Counted from the whole stretch's first letter, positions 11,616 to 22,358 are shown. The stretch: DNA of 62,925 nucleotides, filler included, from Licmophora abbreviata (GCA_900291995.1; 25 parts of 25 records of this genome joined end to end with filler, not necessarily neighbours in it), one strand, 5' to 3'. The notes: generated by a model from the letters alone, not told the origin. A program made the numbers and translations.

Positions 11616-11648
11616 AAAACAGAAAAGAGCGGGCTTTTGCCCGCTCTT
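11616..11648 (-). terminator. Rho-independent terminator of porin gene
   Basis: AAGAGCGGGC-AAAA-GCCCGCTCTT hairpin followed by TTCTGTTTT on the minus strand. Confidence 0.85.
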
Positions 11649-11672
11649 CCCTTAGGTCTGCGTGATCTTCAA

Positions 11673-12872
11673 TTAGAAGGTCAGGCGGATACCGGTACCG
11701 ACGGTGGTCGACTTGGTTGTCTGCTTGATCGTGCCGGGCGTCGCCGAAGACGTTTCCGAGTCGATCGCGTAGATGCGCCATGCCACACCGTTGCCGAGCG
11801 AACGCTCTGCACCGATCTGGTACGCAACGTATTCGCTCTTTTCGCGTGTGCCGTTTCCGAACAGAACGCCCTGACGCTCACCCTGGTAGGTGTCGAAACC
11901 AACGCGCCACGGACCTGCGATGTCGTAGGTCACACCCAGGCTCCAGCCTTCGGTGTCGCCGACGCCGAACAGAGCACCAGTGGTGTTCTCGGCATAGCTA
12001 CCACCAAAGGTGAAGCCAGCGGTCGAGAACTGTGCGCCAACGGCCCATGTCTCGGGGTCACCCGGCTGGATGACGGCCGGTGTCAGGATGTCGTCCGCGG
12101 TGCCGACGACGCCGTCGAGACCGGGTGCGATATTTGCGAACACGGTGCCCGCGTCGCCTGTGCCCCAACGTGCCGACAGAGTCATGTCAACAGCGCCGAA
12201 CGACTGGCTGTAGTTTGCAGCGATGTCGAAGATGTCGCTCAGACCGGCATTGCGGTCAACCAGACCGGAGTTTTGAACGTTGGTGTTGCCCGGTGCATAG
12301 CTCACACCCAGGGTCAGACCGTTGAAGCTCGGCGTGTAGTAGCTGATGCGCGCGGTGTCGTTGTTGCCAGCGACTTCAGTTGCCGACGAACCCATGGCGT
12401 TACGGCCGAGGGGGAACGCGCCTGCGGGCGGCAGGAACGCGGTCGGGTGATAGGCCGACGGCGACGGCGAGTTGATGCCGAAGCCAACGCCGGGTGCGCC
12501 GACGCTCAGCTTGTAGCCGGCCGAGTTCTCGGAACCGACTTCAACGCGACCCATCGTGTCGCTCGAGATGAACATGTACGACTCGTCGATACCGTCAGCA
12601 CCACCACCGGCGTTTGCTGCTTCCATTTCGACGACGACGCCGAAGGTCATGCCGTTGTCCAGCGTCACCGACGGGGTGAAGTGGATTTCACCGTTCTGGT
12701 GAATGTTGATGCCGTCCAGATCAGCTGCGGCAGCAACTTGGTTGCCGCTGGCGTCGTTGTACAGGACGTCCATGTTGTAGTACCCACCCCAGTCCAGGTT
12801 CCAGTCCTGAGCCGAAGCTGCGCCGCCGACCATCGTGATGGCTGCGGTCGTTGCGAGAAGATGCTTTTTCAA
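11673..12872 (-). CDS. Rhodobacteraceae-type outer-membrane porin
   Basis: TTG start after GGAGGG; signal KKHLLATTA; EIHFTPSVTLDNGMTFG, IDESYMF and RISYYTPSFNGL motifs; terminal Phe. Confidence 0.92.
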   Translation of the reverse strand: MKKHLLATTAAITMVGGAASAQDWNLDWGGYYNMDVLYNDASGNQVAAAADLDGINIHQNGEIHFTPSVTLDNGMTFGVVVEMEAANAGGGADGIDESYMFISSDTMGRVEVGSENSAGYKLSVGAPGVGFGINSPSPSAYHPTAFLPPAGAFPLGRNAMGSSATEVAGNNDTARISYYTPSFNGLTLGVSYAPGNTNVQNSGLVDRNAGLSDIFDIAANYSQSFGAVDMTLSARWGTGDAGTVFANIAPGLDGVVGTADDILTPAVIQPGDPETWAVGAQFSTAGFTFGGSYAENTTGALFGVGDTEGWSLGVTYDIAGPWRVGFDTYQGERQGVLFGNGTREKSEYVAYQIGAERSLGNGVAWRIYAIDSETSSATPGTIKQTTKSTTVGTGIRLTF

Positions 12873-13193
12873 GGTGTCCCTCCATAAAGCAGAGTGTTTC
12901 AAGTTCCACCGCGTCCCGGAGTGGAAACGGCTTGGAAAATGAAATGCGGCAAACACCCCCCAAGTGTCAACGAACCCGCCAAGCCCCGGCCGGTTGTTGT
13001 CCGGTCTGTGACGTTTAAACCACACACTCGCCACGCCTTGGGCTGGAAACCGCCCAAATCAGGTGTTTTTCCCTTTTCCTTCAAAGCGCAGCCCCCCTCT
13101 GCTTGCACATGCCGCCCCCCGGCCACTCTGGCGTGTCAGGCCGCCCGTCCCGCCCCGAAGGACCGAGTCGGACCCGCCCTAAGCCCTCAGCCC

Positions 13194-13574
13194 TCAGCCC
13201 TCGTCCAGCACCTTGCGCGCCACCCGGAAACATTCCAGCGCCTGCGGCACCCCGCAATAGATCCCGATCACATGACAGATCGCCCGGATCTGCTCGCGGC
13301 TCACCCCATTGGTCAGCGCGCCCCGGCAATGGATCTCCCATTCATGCATCTTGCCCAAGGCCCCGATCATCGCGAGGTTCATCATCGAGCGTGTCTTGGG
13401 GTCGATCACGTCATCGCCCCAGCCGAATCCCCAGCACCACGCCGTCATCGCCTCTTGGAAGGGCCGCGTGAAGTCATCCGCCGCCGCAAGGTTCTTCTCC
13501 ACATACTCCGCCCCCAGCGTCGCCTTGCGCTGCTCGAGCCCTTTCAGGAACAGGTCCTCATCGAATATCGCCAT
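13194..13574 (-). CDS. Carboxymuconolactone decarboxylase family protein
   Basis: GLEQRKATLGAEYV...KTRSMMNLAM...HCRGALTNG...YCGVP. Confidence 0.9.
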   Translation of the reverse strand: MAIFDEDLFLKGLEQRKATLGAEYVEKNLAAADDFTRPFQEAMTAWCWGFGWGDDVIDPKTRSMMNLAMIGALGKMHEWEIHCRGALTNGVSREQIRAICHVIGIYCGVPQALECFRVARKVLDEG

Positions 13575-13598
13575 GTTCAGTCGCCTTTCTCTCCGGTG

Positions 13599-14372
13599 CT
13601 ACATGTCTATGGGTCGCATCGCGTGCAGATCTTCCGCCGCGACGCGGATCTTGTCGTAATCGTAAAGGCCCGTCCGCCATGCCGCCGGAATACCCGACAG
13701 CCCATGCAAGCGCCCTGCCAATTGCCCGGTGATGGCACCCGCGCGCGCCGCCTCTCCGCCCAGATTGACCGCCGCCAGCACCTGACCCGCGAAATCATCC
13801 GCCTGCCCCAGCGCCCAGAACGCCGCGTGCAACAGGCTCGTCACCTCGTCCGTCACCACCTCGGGCGGCGCATCCGGGCGCGGCAGCGGCGCAAAATCCC
13901 CGCTCACCATCACCTGCGCCAGATTGGCCGCCGCCTGCAGCGCCTTGGNNNNNNNNNNNNNNNNNNNNNNNNNNNNNNNNNNNNNNNNNNNNTTAATTAA
14001 TTAANNNNNNNNNNNNNNNNNNNNNNNNNNNNNNNNNNNNNNNNNNNNCCGCGACGCTCGCCGCATCCATCCCGAAGCACCGCCGCGTCGCCGACAGGTA
14101 CCCGTGATCGCGCCAGTTGAGATAGCGCCGCATCGCATCCTCCGCGTCCCAGCCATTGGCCGAGCGCAACATCTGCGCCAGACACATCGCCATCGCCGTG
14201 GCGGCCCCCCATTGCCCCGGCGCCAGATCATGCCGCCGCCCCCCTGCAACCCGGTGACCGGCTCCAGCTCGGCGCGCGCCACGCCATCGGCCCCCGCGCC
14301 CAGCGCATCGCCCACCGCAAGCCCCACCAGCATCCCGCAGGCCGCATCCTCGTCAAAGCGTTTGGCGATCAT
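13599..14372 (-). CDS. ADP-ribosylglycohydrolase (DraG/ARH) family protein with degenerate metal ligands; split by gap, frameshift near 14240
   Basis: GMLVGLAVGDALGA, PGQW(GAA)TAMAMCLA, AVNLGG(EAAR)AGAITGQLAG and IPAAWR motifs. Confidence 0.8.
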
Positions 14373-14815
14373 GCAGCACCTGCCCGCGTGTGGCCAAAGC
14401 CGCCTCGCCCCGTCTGGTCCGCCCTCATCGGTCCGATCCTTTCCCGAGTCACCTCACCCCGTTCTCTCCGCAATCCTGCGGCAGTCCACCGCTCTTGACC
14501 AGTGGCCCCCGCCGCCCGACCGGCCCCCGCCGGCGCCCCCAAGCGACAAGGCCGAGCAGAAAACAGGCTCTTGCCCTCTCTCCGGCCCCTTTCGGTAGCC
14601 ACTTGATTTTTCAGGAAAATATTTTCACCTCTGTGAATAATCTCCAAAGATCATTCTCTTACGCATCTTTTATAGCCGCTAAAGATTAAAAAATAGTCGG
14701 AAAAAGAACGAAGGTGGGTTAACATCGGTTCTGCCAGTGAACCAAAATTGGCCCAACCAGAGCGGGGATAACCCCGCCCACCCCAACAAAAGCAGTCCAA
14801 CGGGAGGACAATTGA

Positions 14816-16094
14816 ATGGACACCGATATCGGCGCGCTGACGGTGATCTTCACCGAGTTCTATTACTGGGTGACGATCCCCCTGATGTTCCTGATCCATG
14901 TCGGCTTCTGCATGTACGAAGTCGGCGCATCGCGGCACAAGAACCACGTCCACACCCTTATGAAGAACACCATGCTCATCCCACTGGTGACCGTGACGTT
15001 CTTCTTCTTCGGCTGGTGGATCTATTTCGCCTTTCCCAACGGTCCCGGCATCACCGGCGGCCTGACGCAATCCGACCATGCCGTGCCGTGGTCCGAACTG
15101 ATGGGCACACATCTCGGTGGCCCCGGACCGGCGCTCGAGTCGGCCCAAGGCTATGGCGCCGATCTCGGCAACGCCTTCTGGTCACGCCTCAACGGTGTGT
15201 TCTGGGCGGCCTTCCTGCTCTTTTCATGGACNNNNNNNNNNNNNNNNNNNNNNNNNNNNNNNNNNNNNNNNNNNNTTAATTAATTAANNNNNNNNNNNNN
15301 NNNNNNNNNNNNNNNNNNNNNNNNNNNNNNNCGGGACACCCCGCAACATCAACCCGCACAACAAGTGGCTGGTGACCATCGGTCTGTTCATGATCTATTG
15401 CGGCTTCTGGGGCTTCTATGTCGCCTGCAACGTGCCGATCATCGGCTCGGGCGCAATCGGCGCTGCCGAAGGCACCTTCACCGCAACCACCATTTACCTC
15501 ACGCCCACCACCCTGTCGGCGATCGTCTTCAACTTCCTGATGTCGCTCTCGGGCGGAATGCTTGCAGGCTATGTCGTCTCGCGCGGCGAAGCGTTCTGGA
15601 CCTATTCCTGCGGTCTGGCGGGGATCATCACCGCCTCTGCGGGCAATGACCTCTATCACCCGATCCAGGCCATGCTGATCGGCGGTGTCGGCGCTGTCTG
15701 CGCCTACAAGCTGCATTTCTGGGTCGAACGCCGGTTCAAGATCGACGATCCGGTGGGCGCGGTCGCGGTGCATGGCTATGCGGGCTTCATCGGTCTGGTG
15801 ATCTGCGGCTTCGTGCTCTGGGGTCACCCGGCCACGGCGGGCTATCACGCCGAGGTCGCCACCATCAATCCGGTGGGCCAGTTCCTTGGCGCCTGCATCA
15901 TGTTCATCGTGCTGGGCTTCATCCCCGCCTTCATCGTCTCCAAGATCCTTTCGATGATGGGCATGCTGCGCGTGCCGCCTGCTGTCGAGCTGGTGGGCCT
16001 CGATATGTCCGAGGAGCTGCGTGAAGAGATGGACGCCATCGAAGTATCCGAAGCCGACATCGCCGAGGCGCGTCGCCTCGGCCTGCTGACCTGA
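14816..16094 (+). CDS. amt: Ammonium transporter (Amt family), split by gap
   Basis: GFCMYEVGASRHKN...LMKN; IDDPVGAVAVHG; MLRVP...ELVGLD. Confidence 0.9.
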
Positions 16095-16105
16095 GGAGAG
16101 ACCCC

Positions 16106-16336
16106 ATGTCCACAACACTCGTCGAAAGCTGGTCCGGCGCGGACCTGTCGCAATTGGGCCCGATCTACCCGATGGTGGGAACGGAGTTCATCCTCTTCAT
16201 CATCGGGGTGGCCTTCTGGCTCGGCTTCCACATCCTGCAAGCCCGTATCGAGAAACGCGAGATGGAGGAAGACGAGGCCGCCGCCCGCAGCCCCGAACGC
16301 CTCAAACGCGTCTTCGAACGCGAAGCGCAGGAATAA
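16106..16336 (+). CDS. Small single-TM protein co-transcribed with amt
   Basis: RBS GAGGAG 11 nt after the amt stop; GPIYPMVGTE plus a TM helix and charged tail. Confidence 0.75.
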   Translation: MSTTLVESWSGADLSQLGPIYPMVGTEFILFIIGVAFWLGFHILQARIEKREMEEDEAAARSPERLKRVFEREAQE

Positions 16337-16363
16337 CCCTCCCGCCGCCACTCACGCAAAACC

Positions 16364-16396
16364 AAAGCCCCCCGGACCCGTCCGGGGGGCTTTTCT
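16364..16396 (+). terminator. Rho-independent terminator
   Basis: AAAGCCCCCCGGA-CCCG-TCCGGGGGGCTTTT. Confidence 0.9.
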
Positions 16397-16495
16397 TGTA
16401 CCGAGAGGTCAAGGCGTTGTGTCAAGCGGCGCTCGGCCCTATCAAGTCCAAGTGAGCGTCGATTGATTTTACTCCCCCAATAGAGTATATGAACA

Positions 16496-16837
16496 GTGCG
16501 GAACACGGTTGTCCTGTCGGTCACCATCGACGCAGCGGAAGATCCGGTCGTGATCGTGTCTGTCCAGATTGCCGAGGGGTGTCTCGAGGTCATGGCCGAG
16601 ATCGAAATCGATCAGGATCGAAGCGTGATTATTGCGACTGGCCTTCATCTGCACGGTGCAGGCTTTGACCCGAATAGCCTCGGCCCCATCAGGCTTAGGC
16701 AAATTGTACAGGCAATGCTCGAGGAGCTGGACTATGACGAATGCAGGATTGAAGGAGGTGTTCGGACGACTGGGGCAAATCCGGGACGTCGACCGAAACC
16801 GATCCGGTTCACCAGAAAGCCTCGTGCTGCGTCCTGA
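16496..16837 (+). CDS. Hypothetical protein (candidate toxin of a TA-like pair)
   Basis: 113-aa ORF ending EGGVRTTGANPGRRPKPIRF; overlaps the next gene. Confidence 0.55.
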   Translation: MRNTVVLSVTIDAAEDPVVIVSVQIAEGCLEVMAEIEIDQDRSVIIATGLHLHGAGFDPNSLGPIRLRQIVQAMLEELDYDECRIEGGVRTTGANPGRRPKPIRFTRKPRAAS

Positions 16838-16974
16838 GCGCGCGCCTTCCGCGATCAATGCCATCGCGGCGACGCGCACCTTGGCACGGTACGGTCTCAC
16901 CCTTCTGAGGGCAAAGCGGGCCATCGAAACCGTCATTGCCGGCGACGAGGTCACACTCGTTCTTCCGAACGTGG
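16734..16974 (+). CDS. N-terminus of putative HTH/XRE antitoxin-like protein (truncated by gap)
   Basis: RBS GAGGAG at 16721, then MTNAGLKEVFGRLGQIRDVDRNRSGSP...LARYGLTLLRAKRAIE. The HTH itself would lie in the gap. Confidence 0.55.
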
Positions 16975-17074
16975 NNNNNNNNNNNNNNNNNNNNNNNNNN
17001 NNNNNNNNNNNNNNNNNNTTAATTAATTAANNNNNNNNNNNNNNNNNNNNNNNNNNNNNNNNNNNNNNNNNNNN

Positions 17075-17326
17075 ATCGCCATCGGCAATCAGCGGAATGG
17101 GGATCGCATCGGCGATATTGCGCGCTTGATCCACCACCTCGCCATAGCTCATCAACCCCAGATCCGGCGCCCCGATCCGGCTCGCCGAGGCGGCGAACCC
17201 CGACATGAACGTCAGATCATACCCCTCCTGAGCAATCAGCTTGGCCGACAGCGCATCAAAGCAGCAGGGCATCACGTGGCATATGTCTTGCGCCAGCAGG
17301 CGGCGCAGCGTTTCGGCCTTGGTCAT
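17075..17326 (-). CDS. Isocitrate lyase/PEP mutase family enzyme, N-terminal part
   Basis: PCCFDALSAKLI...FMSGF...GAPDLGLM...PLIADGD. Confidence 0.88.
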
Positions 17327-17330
17327 CACA

Positions 17331-18248
17331 TCACCATTTGAAGGGAATATACAGCGCCACATCCGGCACCAGATAGAGGATCACCACAGTCACCAGCATC
17401 ATCACGAGAAACGGCAGCACCCCGCGCGACACATCCGCCAGCGTCGCCCGCGCCACCGATTGGATCACATACAGGTTCAACCCCACAGGCGGCGTGATCA
17501 ACGCACATTCCACCATGATCACCATATAGATGCCGAACCAGATCGGATCAAAGCCCAGCCCCATCGCCGCCGGCAACAGAACCGGCGTCATGATCAAGAT
17601 CATCGACAGCGCCTCGAAGACCAGCCCCATCAGCAGCAACACACACGACACCACCAACAGGAACATGATCGGCCCGTCGATGGCCGACGCGATGAACGCC
17701 GAAATATCCTGCGGAATACGGTACAGCGCAATCGCCTTGCCGAACACCTTGGCCCCCGCCACGATCAGCAGGATCGCCGCCGTGGTGATGGCGGATTCCT
17801 TGATCGCGCTCCACAGCGCCTCCCAGGTCAGGGTCCGTAGCCAGAACGCCGTGATCGCCAATGCCGCGGCAAATCCGATGGCCGCCGCCTCGGTCGGCGT
17901 GAACGCCCCCGAATACAGCCCCACCACCACCAGCGCCGCCAGCGCCACCGATGGCAGCGCCCGGAACGAGGCCTGCCAGCGTTCGGCCCAATCGGCCTTC
18001 TCCATCGGGATATAGGCCGATGTGAACCGCGAATGCACCATCGCAAAGATCACGAACAGCGTGACCAGCACGAGCCCCGGCCCGATCCCCGCCAGAAACA
18101 GCGCAATCACCGACTGCTCGGTGACAAAGCCGTAGACGATCATCGGGATCGACGGCGGGATCAGAATCCCCAACGTGCCCCCCGCCGCCAGCAAGCCATA
18201 GACGAACCGCTTCTCATAGCCGCGCTTGATCATCTCCGGGATCGCCAC
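17331..18248 (-). CDS. dctM: TRAP transporter large permease (partial)
   Basis: GTLGILIPPSIPMIVY, FTPTEAA and ITPPVGLNLYV motifs. Confidence 0.92.
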   Translation of the reverse strand: MAIPEMIKRGYEKRFVYGLLAAGGTLGILIPPSIPMIVYGFVTEQSVIALFLAGIGPGLVLVTLFVIFAMVHSRFTSAYIPMEKADWAERWQASFRALPSVALAALVVVGLYSGAFTPTEAAAIGFAAALAITAFWLRTLTWEALWSAIKESAITTAAILLIVAGAKVFGKAIALYRIPQDISAFIASAIDGPIMFLLVVSCVLLLMGLVFEALSMILIMTPVLLPAAMGLGFDPIWFGIYMVIMVECALITPPVGLNLYVIQSVARATLADVSRGVLPFLVMMLVTVVILYLVPDVALYIPFKW

Positions 18249-18348
18249 NNNNNNNNNNNNNNNNNNNNNNNNNNNNNNNNNNNNNNNNNNNNTTAATTAA
18301 TTAANNNNNNNNNNNNNNNNNNNNNNNNNNNNNNNNNNNNNNNNNNNN

Positions 18349-19337
18349 CAGGAGCCACCGGCACCGACCGCATCAAGGATCTTCTGGCCCGCATCACCTG
18401 TTGCGGCCAGATAGGCGTCATAGACCGGCTGCGCGACAGCCTTCCACGCGGTCAGATCCTCGTCCGAGATCTGGACGACGGTCATGCCGTTCTCTTCGGC
18501 GGCCGCAAAGGCCTCCGCCTCGATCTGCGACATGCGGTTGCGCACATCCTCCTGCGCCACAGCGGCGGCATCGCGGATATGGCCCTGAATCTCGGGGGAC
18601 AAGCCGTTGAACCACTCGGTGTTGACGACGACGACGAACTCGATATCGGCATGGTTGGTCACGGTGATCGTATCCATCACCTCCCACAGTTTGCGCGACT
18701 TCACGCCCGACACGCCCGTCATGCCGACATCGACCGTGCCGCGCTGATAGGCTAGATACTGCTCGGACCCCGAAATCAGTGTCGGCGCACCGCCCGCCGC
18801 GGTCACGAAATCACCCAGCGTCTTGCCGAAAACCCGGACCTTCTTGCCCTTCAGATCGTCGGGATTGCGGATCGGCCCGCCATTCGACAGCATCACCGCG
18901 CCGCCATAGGCCTGCCAGAACAGGATTTCGCCGCCGGTCTTGGCAACCTCTTCCTCGATCACGGTCCGCACGACTGATCCCTCGGCCACCGCCGCGCGCA
19001 CCTTGTCCTCGGTGTTGAACAGGAACGGCATGTAGAACACATCCACCACCGGCGCATCGCCCACATACCGGGTCAGCGATGCAACCCCCGCTTCGATCGA
19101 CCCCGATCCGACAGCCGACGGCACTTCCTTGTCCCGGTAAAGCGTCGCGCTGTCATAGATCTCCACGTCGATCGCGCCTCCGGTGCGCGCCTCGACCTCT
19201 TTCTCGAACAACACCAGATTTTCGCCCAGATGGCTGGTCAGCGGCAATTGCAGAGAAATCCGCATCTTTTCTGCCGCCACAGCGGATGTGCCCAGAGCCG
19301 CAATCGCAGCGGCCGTGCAAATGACCTTGGTGAACAT
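18349..19337 (-). CDS. dctP: TRAP transporter substrate-binding protein
   Basis: Signal peptide; DLKGKKVRV; YLAYQRGTVD. Confidence 0.9.
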
Positions 19338-19463
19338 GGTTACCCTCCCTTTTTTTGTGGGCAAAGCTTACCCCACAACTTCGGTCCGGCAATCGTCTAT
19401 TTTTAAAACGCCCCGTTTTTAGGCATCTCGCCTTTCGCACACCGCACAGCCCCGGGACATGGC

Positions 19464-19748
19464 TCAGTTTTTCGCGGCGCGCACCCGTGCCGCGGTGCGC
19501 CGGCACATCACCGTGAAAAATGCGATATTGATCAGCGGCGCCGCAACCAAGGCCCAGGGCCGCAAGGCCTCGGGCAATCCGGTCAGCAACAACGACCACG
19601 GCAGGCCCAGCGGCAACAGGAACACCCCCGCCATCGGGTCGGCCTCCTGCCCGAACAGCCCGTAAGTGCCAATCACGAAATATCCCAGCGCGAACAGATA
19701 AAGCGCGGTGATCCCGATCACCACCATTCTGCAAATGGTCACGGCCAT
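19464..19748 (-). CDS. Small membrane protein (FGQExxPxAGVFLxPLGLPW family)
   Basis: RBS AGGAGAG; 3 hydrophobic segments; paralog at 35827..36060. Confidence 0.75.
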   Translation of the reverse strand: MAVTICRMVVIGITALYLFALGYFVIGTYGLFGQEADPMAGVFLLPLGLPWSLLLTGLPEALRPWALVAAPLINIAFFTVMCRRTAARVRAAKN

Positions 19749-19938
19749 GGCTGTCTCTCCTTTGCGCGGTGTCGCCGCTCTGCGTCGGCGCCCTCGCCCG
19801 CCACAATGGCGTCAGACGGGCACTCTGTCATCTGGCGGCAGGGCGGCGACGTGGCCCTTTTTGGGAATTGTGTACACAAAACCCCGGACTGACCCCGATG
19901 TTCGTCCTGAACGCGCGTAGGTTTCGTACAAACCGTCC

Positions 19939-21252
19939 TCAACGCGCCTGCCAGTTTTCCACCCGGTCCACCCAATGCCGATAGTAAAGATCAGCCGCCT
20001 TCAGGAAATGCGGTTTCTGGAACTGGTGCAGAAAATGCTTTTTGAACAATGTGTTGGCATAGGCCGTCTCGCCCCGCGCATCGCCCATCGCCCGATACGC
20101 CGCCTTCGCCCCCAGATAAGGCGCCATCACCGTCCCCGACCCGGAATACCCCATGGCGTAAAAAATCCCGTTCTGCTCCCCGACTTGCGGCATGTGGTTG
20201 AAGCTGAACCCGGTAAACCCATACCACGCATGGGAAATTTTCGCATCACGCAGCTCGGGCCAGATGCCCGACATGGTCTCGTGCAGCCGTTTTGCGGCGA
20301 TTTCCATGGGCAAATCCCGCATCGACGCCCGCCCCCCGAACAGCACCCTTTTGCCATCCGGCGAAATCCTGAAATAGCTGTGCCTCGCCCTCGTCTCGAC
20401 CATCATCCGCCGCCCCGGCGCCAGGTGACCGATCAGGTTCGAGGGCAATTCTTCTGTTGAAATCAAATAGCTAGGAAGCGGGAACACCCGCTGTACATGC
20501 CATCCGAAGGGCTTTGTCGTATAACCGTTCGTGCCCAGAATGACCTTCTCGGCCTGCAGCTCTCCCTTCGCCGTCTTCACCCGGAACCGCCCCGCCCCCT
20601 CCCTGCGCAGATCCGTCACCGCCGCATGAGTCACCACCGGCACCCCCCTGCGCCTCACCGCCTCGAGAAGCCCGCTATGGAATTTGGCCGGATGGATCGC
20701 GCCGTGCTCGGGGAACACAATCGCCCCGTGATATTTATCGGTCGAGATTTCCTTATTCAGATCAGCACGTTGCACCAGATGCACGGAAACGTCGCTCTTG
20801 TCCTGAACGCTTTTCGCGAGCCGTTTCTGGTTCTCGAAATGGCCCGGCGTCCATGCCAGTTGGATGCGTCCGGTCTGCTGAAAATCGCAGTCGATCCCCT
20901 CGGCCTCGATCAGCCCGCGCGTCCACTCCAACGCCGGCTTCGCCTCGGCAAACAAGGCATCCGCCGTCTCAGCGCCAAACTTGCGCTCCAATTCGCTCCA
21001 TCCCAACCTCGGATGCGCCCCGAACATCCCGCCATTGCGGCTCGATGCGCCCTGCCCCGGCACCCCTGCCTCGACCACCACGACCTGCGCGCCGCAGTCA
21101 TGCGCGGCGATGGCAGCAGATAGCCCCGTATAGCCCGCACCGATGACCAGAACATCGCAAGTCTTTGGAAGATCGTCAGAATCCGCGACTGGCGGGGCAG
21201 CTTCCCACCACCAGGGGTGTCCAGGTTCAGCCTCGCCCGTCCAATGTGCCAT
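19939..21252 (-). CDS. FAD-dependent oxidoreductase (DAO/PuuB-like)
   Basis: DVLVIGAGYTGLSAA, GASSRNGG, IHPAK, GTNGY and GYSGSG motifs. Confidence 0.9.
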   Translation of the reverse strand: MAHWTGEAEPGHPWWWEAAPPVADSDDLPKTCDVLVIGAGYTGLSAAIAAHDCGAQVVVVEAGVPGQGASSRNGGMFGAHPRLGWSELERKFGAETADALFAEAKPALEWTRGLIEAEGIDCDFQQTGRIQLAWTPGHFENQKRLAKSVQDKSDVSVHLVQRADLNKEISTDKYHGAIVFPEHGAIHPAKFHSGLLEAVRRRGVPVVTHAAVTDLRREGAGRFRVKTAKGELQAEKVILGTNGYTTKPFGWHVQRVFPLPSYLISTEELPSNLIGHLAPGRRMMVETRARHSYFRISPDGKRVLFGGRASMRDLPMEIAAKRLHETMSGIWPELRDAKISHAWYGFTGFSFNHMPQVGEQNGIFYAMGYSGSGTVMAPYLGAKAAYRAMGDARGETAYANTLFKKHFLHQFQKPHFLKAADLYYRHWVDRVENWQAR

Positions 21253-21398
21253 CGCAGTATCACCTTTCAGCCCTGCCCGGTCAGACCCCTCTGATTAACC
21301 GTGCCGTCCGAAAGACAATCTGCGAGAAGAGTATAAAGAGCACAAGTGAAACAATAGGCGCAACACGCCAAGTCCGATGTGATGTATGATCCAACGCG

Positions 21399-22358
21399 TC
21401 AGAGAAGGTCTCGGGGCGTTTTTCCCGCAAAGAATGCATCGAGATTGTCCAAGGCGCGAAAGCCCATCGCGTCCCGCGTCTGCCGCGTCGCGCTGCCGAT
21501 ATGGGGCAGCATGAAGACATTTTCATACTTGGAAAACAAAGGGTTTCCCCCCGGCTCAACCTTGAAGCAGTCAAGCCCCGCAGCCGCCACCTTGCCTGTG
21601 TCCAAAGCCGCCATCAAGGCATCTTCATCCACCAAGGCCCCCCGTGCGGTGTTCACGATCACAGCCCCATCGGGCAACATCGCAAAGCGCTCTGCATTCA
21701 TCAGGTCTGTTGTCTCGGGCGTGGCGGGACAATGCAGGGACAGGAAATCTGAAACCTCCAACAGACTTTCGACCGTTTCATGATAGGTCGCGCCTTGGGC
21801 CTGATCGTCTGGCAGGCGGGTTCGATTGAAATAATGCACATCCATATCGAAGCCACGCGCCTTGGCCGCAAACGCACGTCCGACGCGGCCCATGCCTATG
21901 ATCCCAAGACGCGCGCCAGTCACCTGTTTGCCCACCATGAAGGCAGGCGACCAGCTGTCCCAAGCTCCGGTCCGTACGATCCGGTCGCCGGCAACAGCAT
22001 GCCGGGCCGCCCCCAGCATCAGCAGCATGGCCAATTCCGCCGTTGCATCAGACAGCACATCCGGCGTGTTCGTGACCACAATGCCGCGCTCTTTGAGAGC
22101 GGGCAAATTGCAGTGGTCCACACCGACAGAATGGTTGGCGACAATCTGCAAACGATCCGCAAATTGGGCGACAACATCCGCGGTGAAATGTTCCGAATGA
22201 CACGGAATGATCGCATCGAACTCGGCGCTCGCCGCGATCAGGTCCTCGGCGGTTCCTGGCGTGTCCGCATGGTTGATGACGACATCATAATCGCGTGCGG
22301 CACGCTCCAGTGTCGCGTCGGACAGGCGGCGGGTGATCCAGAGGCGTTTCTTGGTCAT
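21399..22358 (-). CDS. D-isomer 2-hydroxyacid dehydrogenase (glyoxylate reductase-like)
   Basis: VGVDH, TNTPDVL, GIIGMGRVG, VNTARG and PHIGSAT motifs. Confidence 0.92.
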   Translation of the reverse strand: MTKKRLWITRRLSDATLERAARDYDVVINHADTPGTAEDLIAASAEFDAIIPCHSEHFTADVVAQFADRLQIVANHSVGVDHCNLPALKERGIVVTNTPDVLSDATAELAMLLMLGAARHAVAGDRIVRTGAWDSWSPAFMVGKQVTGARLGIIGMGRVGRAFAAKARGFDMDVHYFNRTRLPDDQAQGATYHETVESLLEVSDFLSLHCPATPETTDLMNAERFAMLPDGAVIVNTARGALVDEDALMAALDTGKVAAAGLDCFKVEPGGNPLFSKYENVFMLPHIGSATRQTRDAMGFRALDNLDAFFAGKTPRDLL

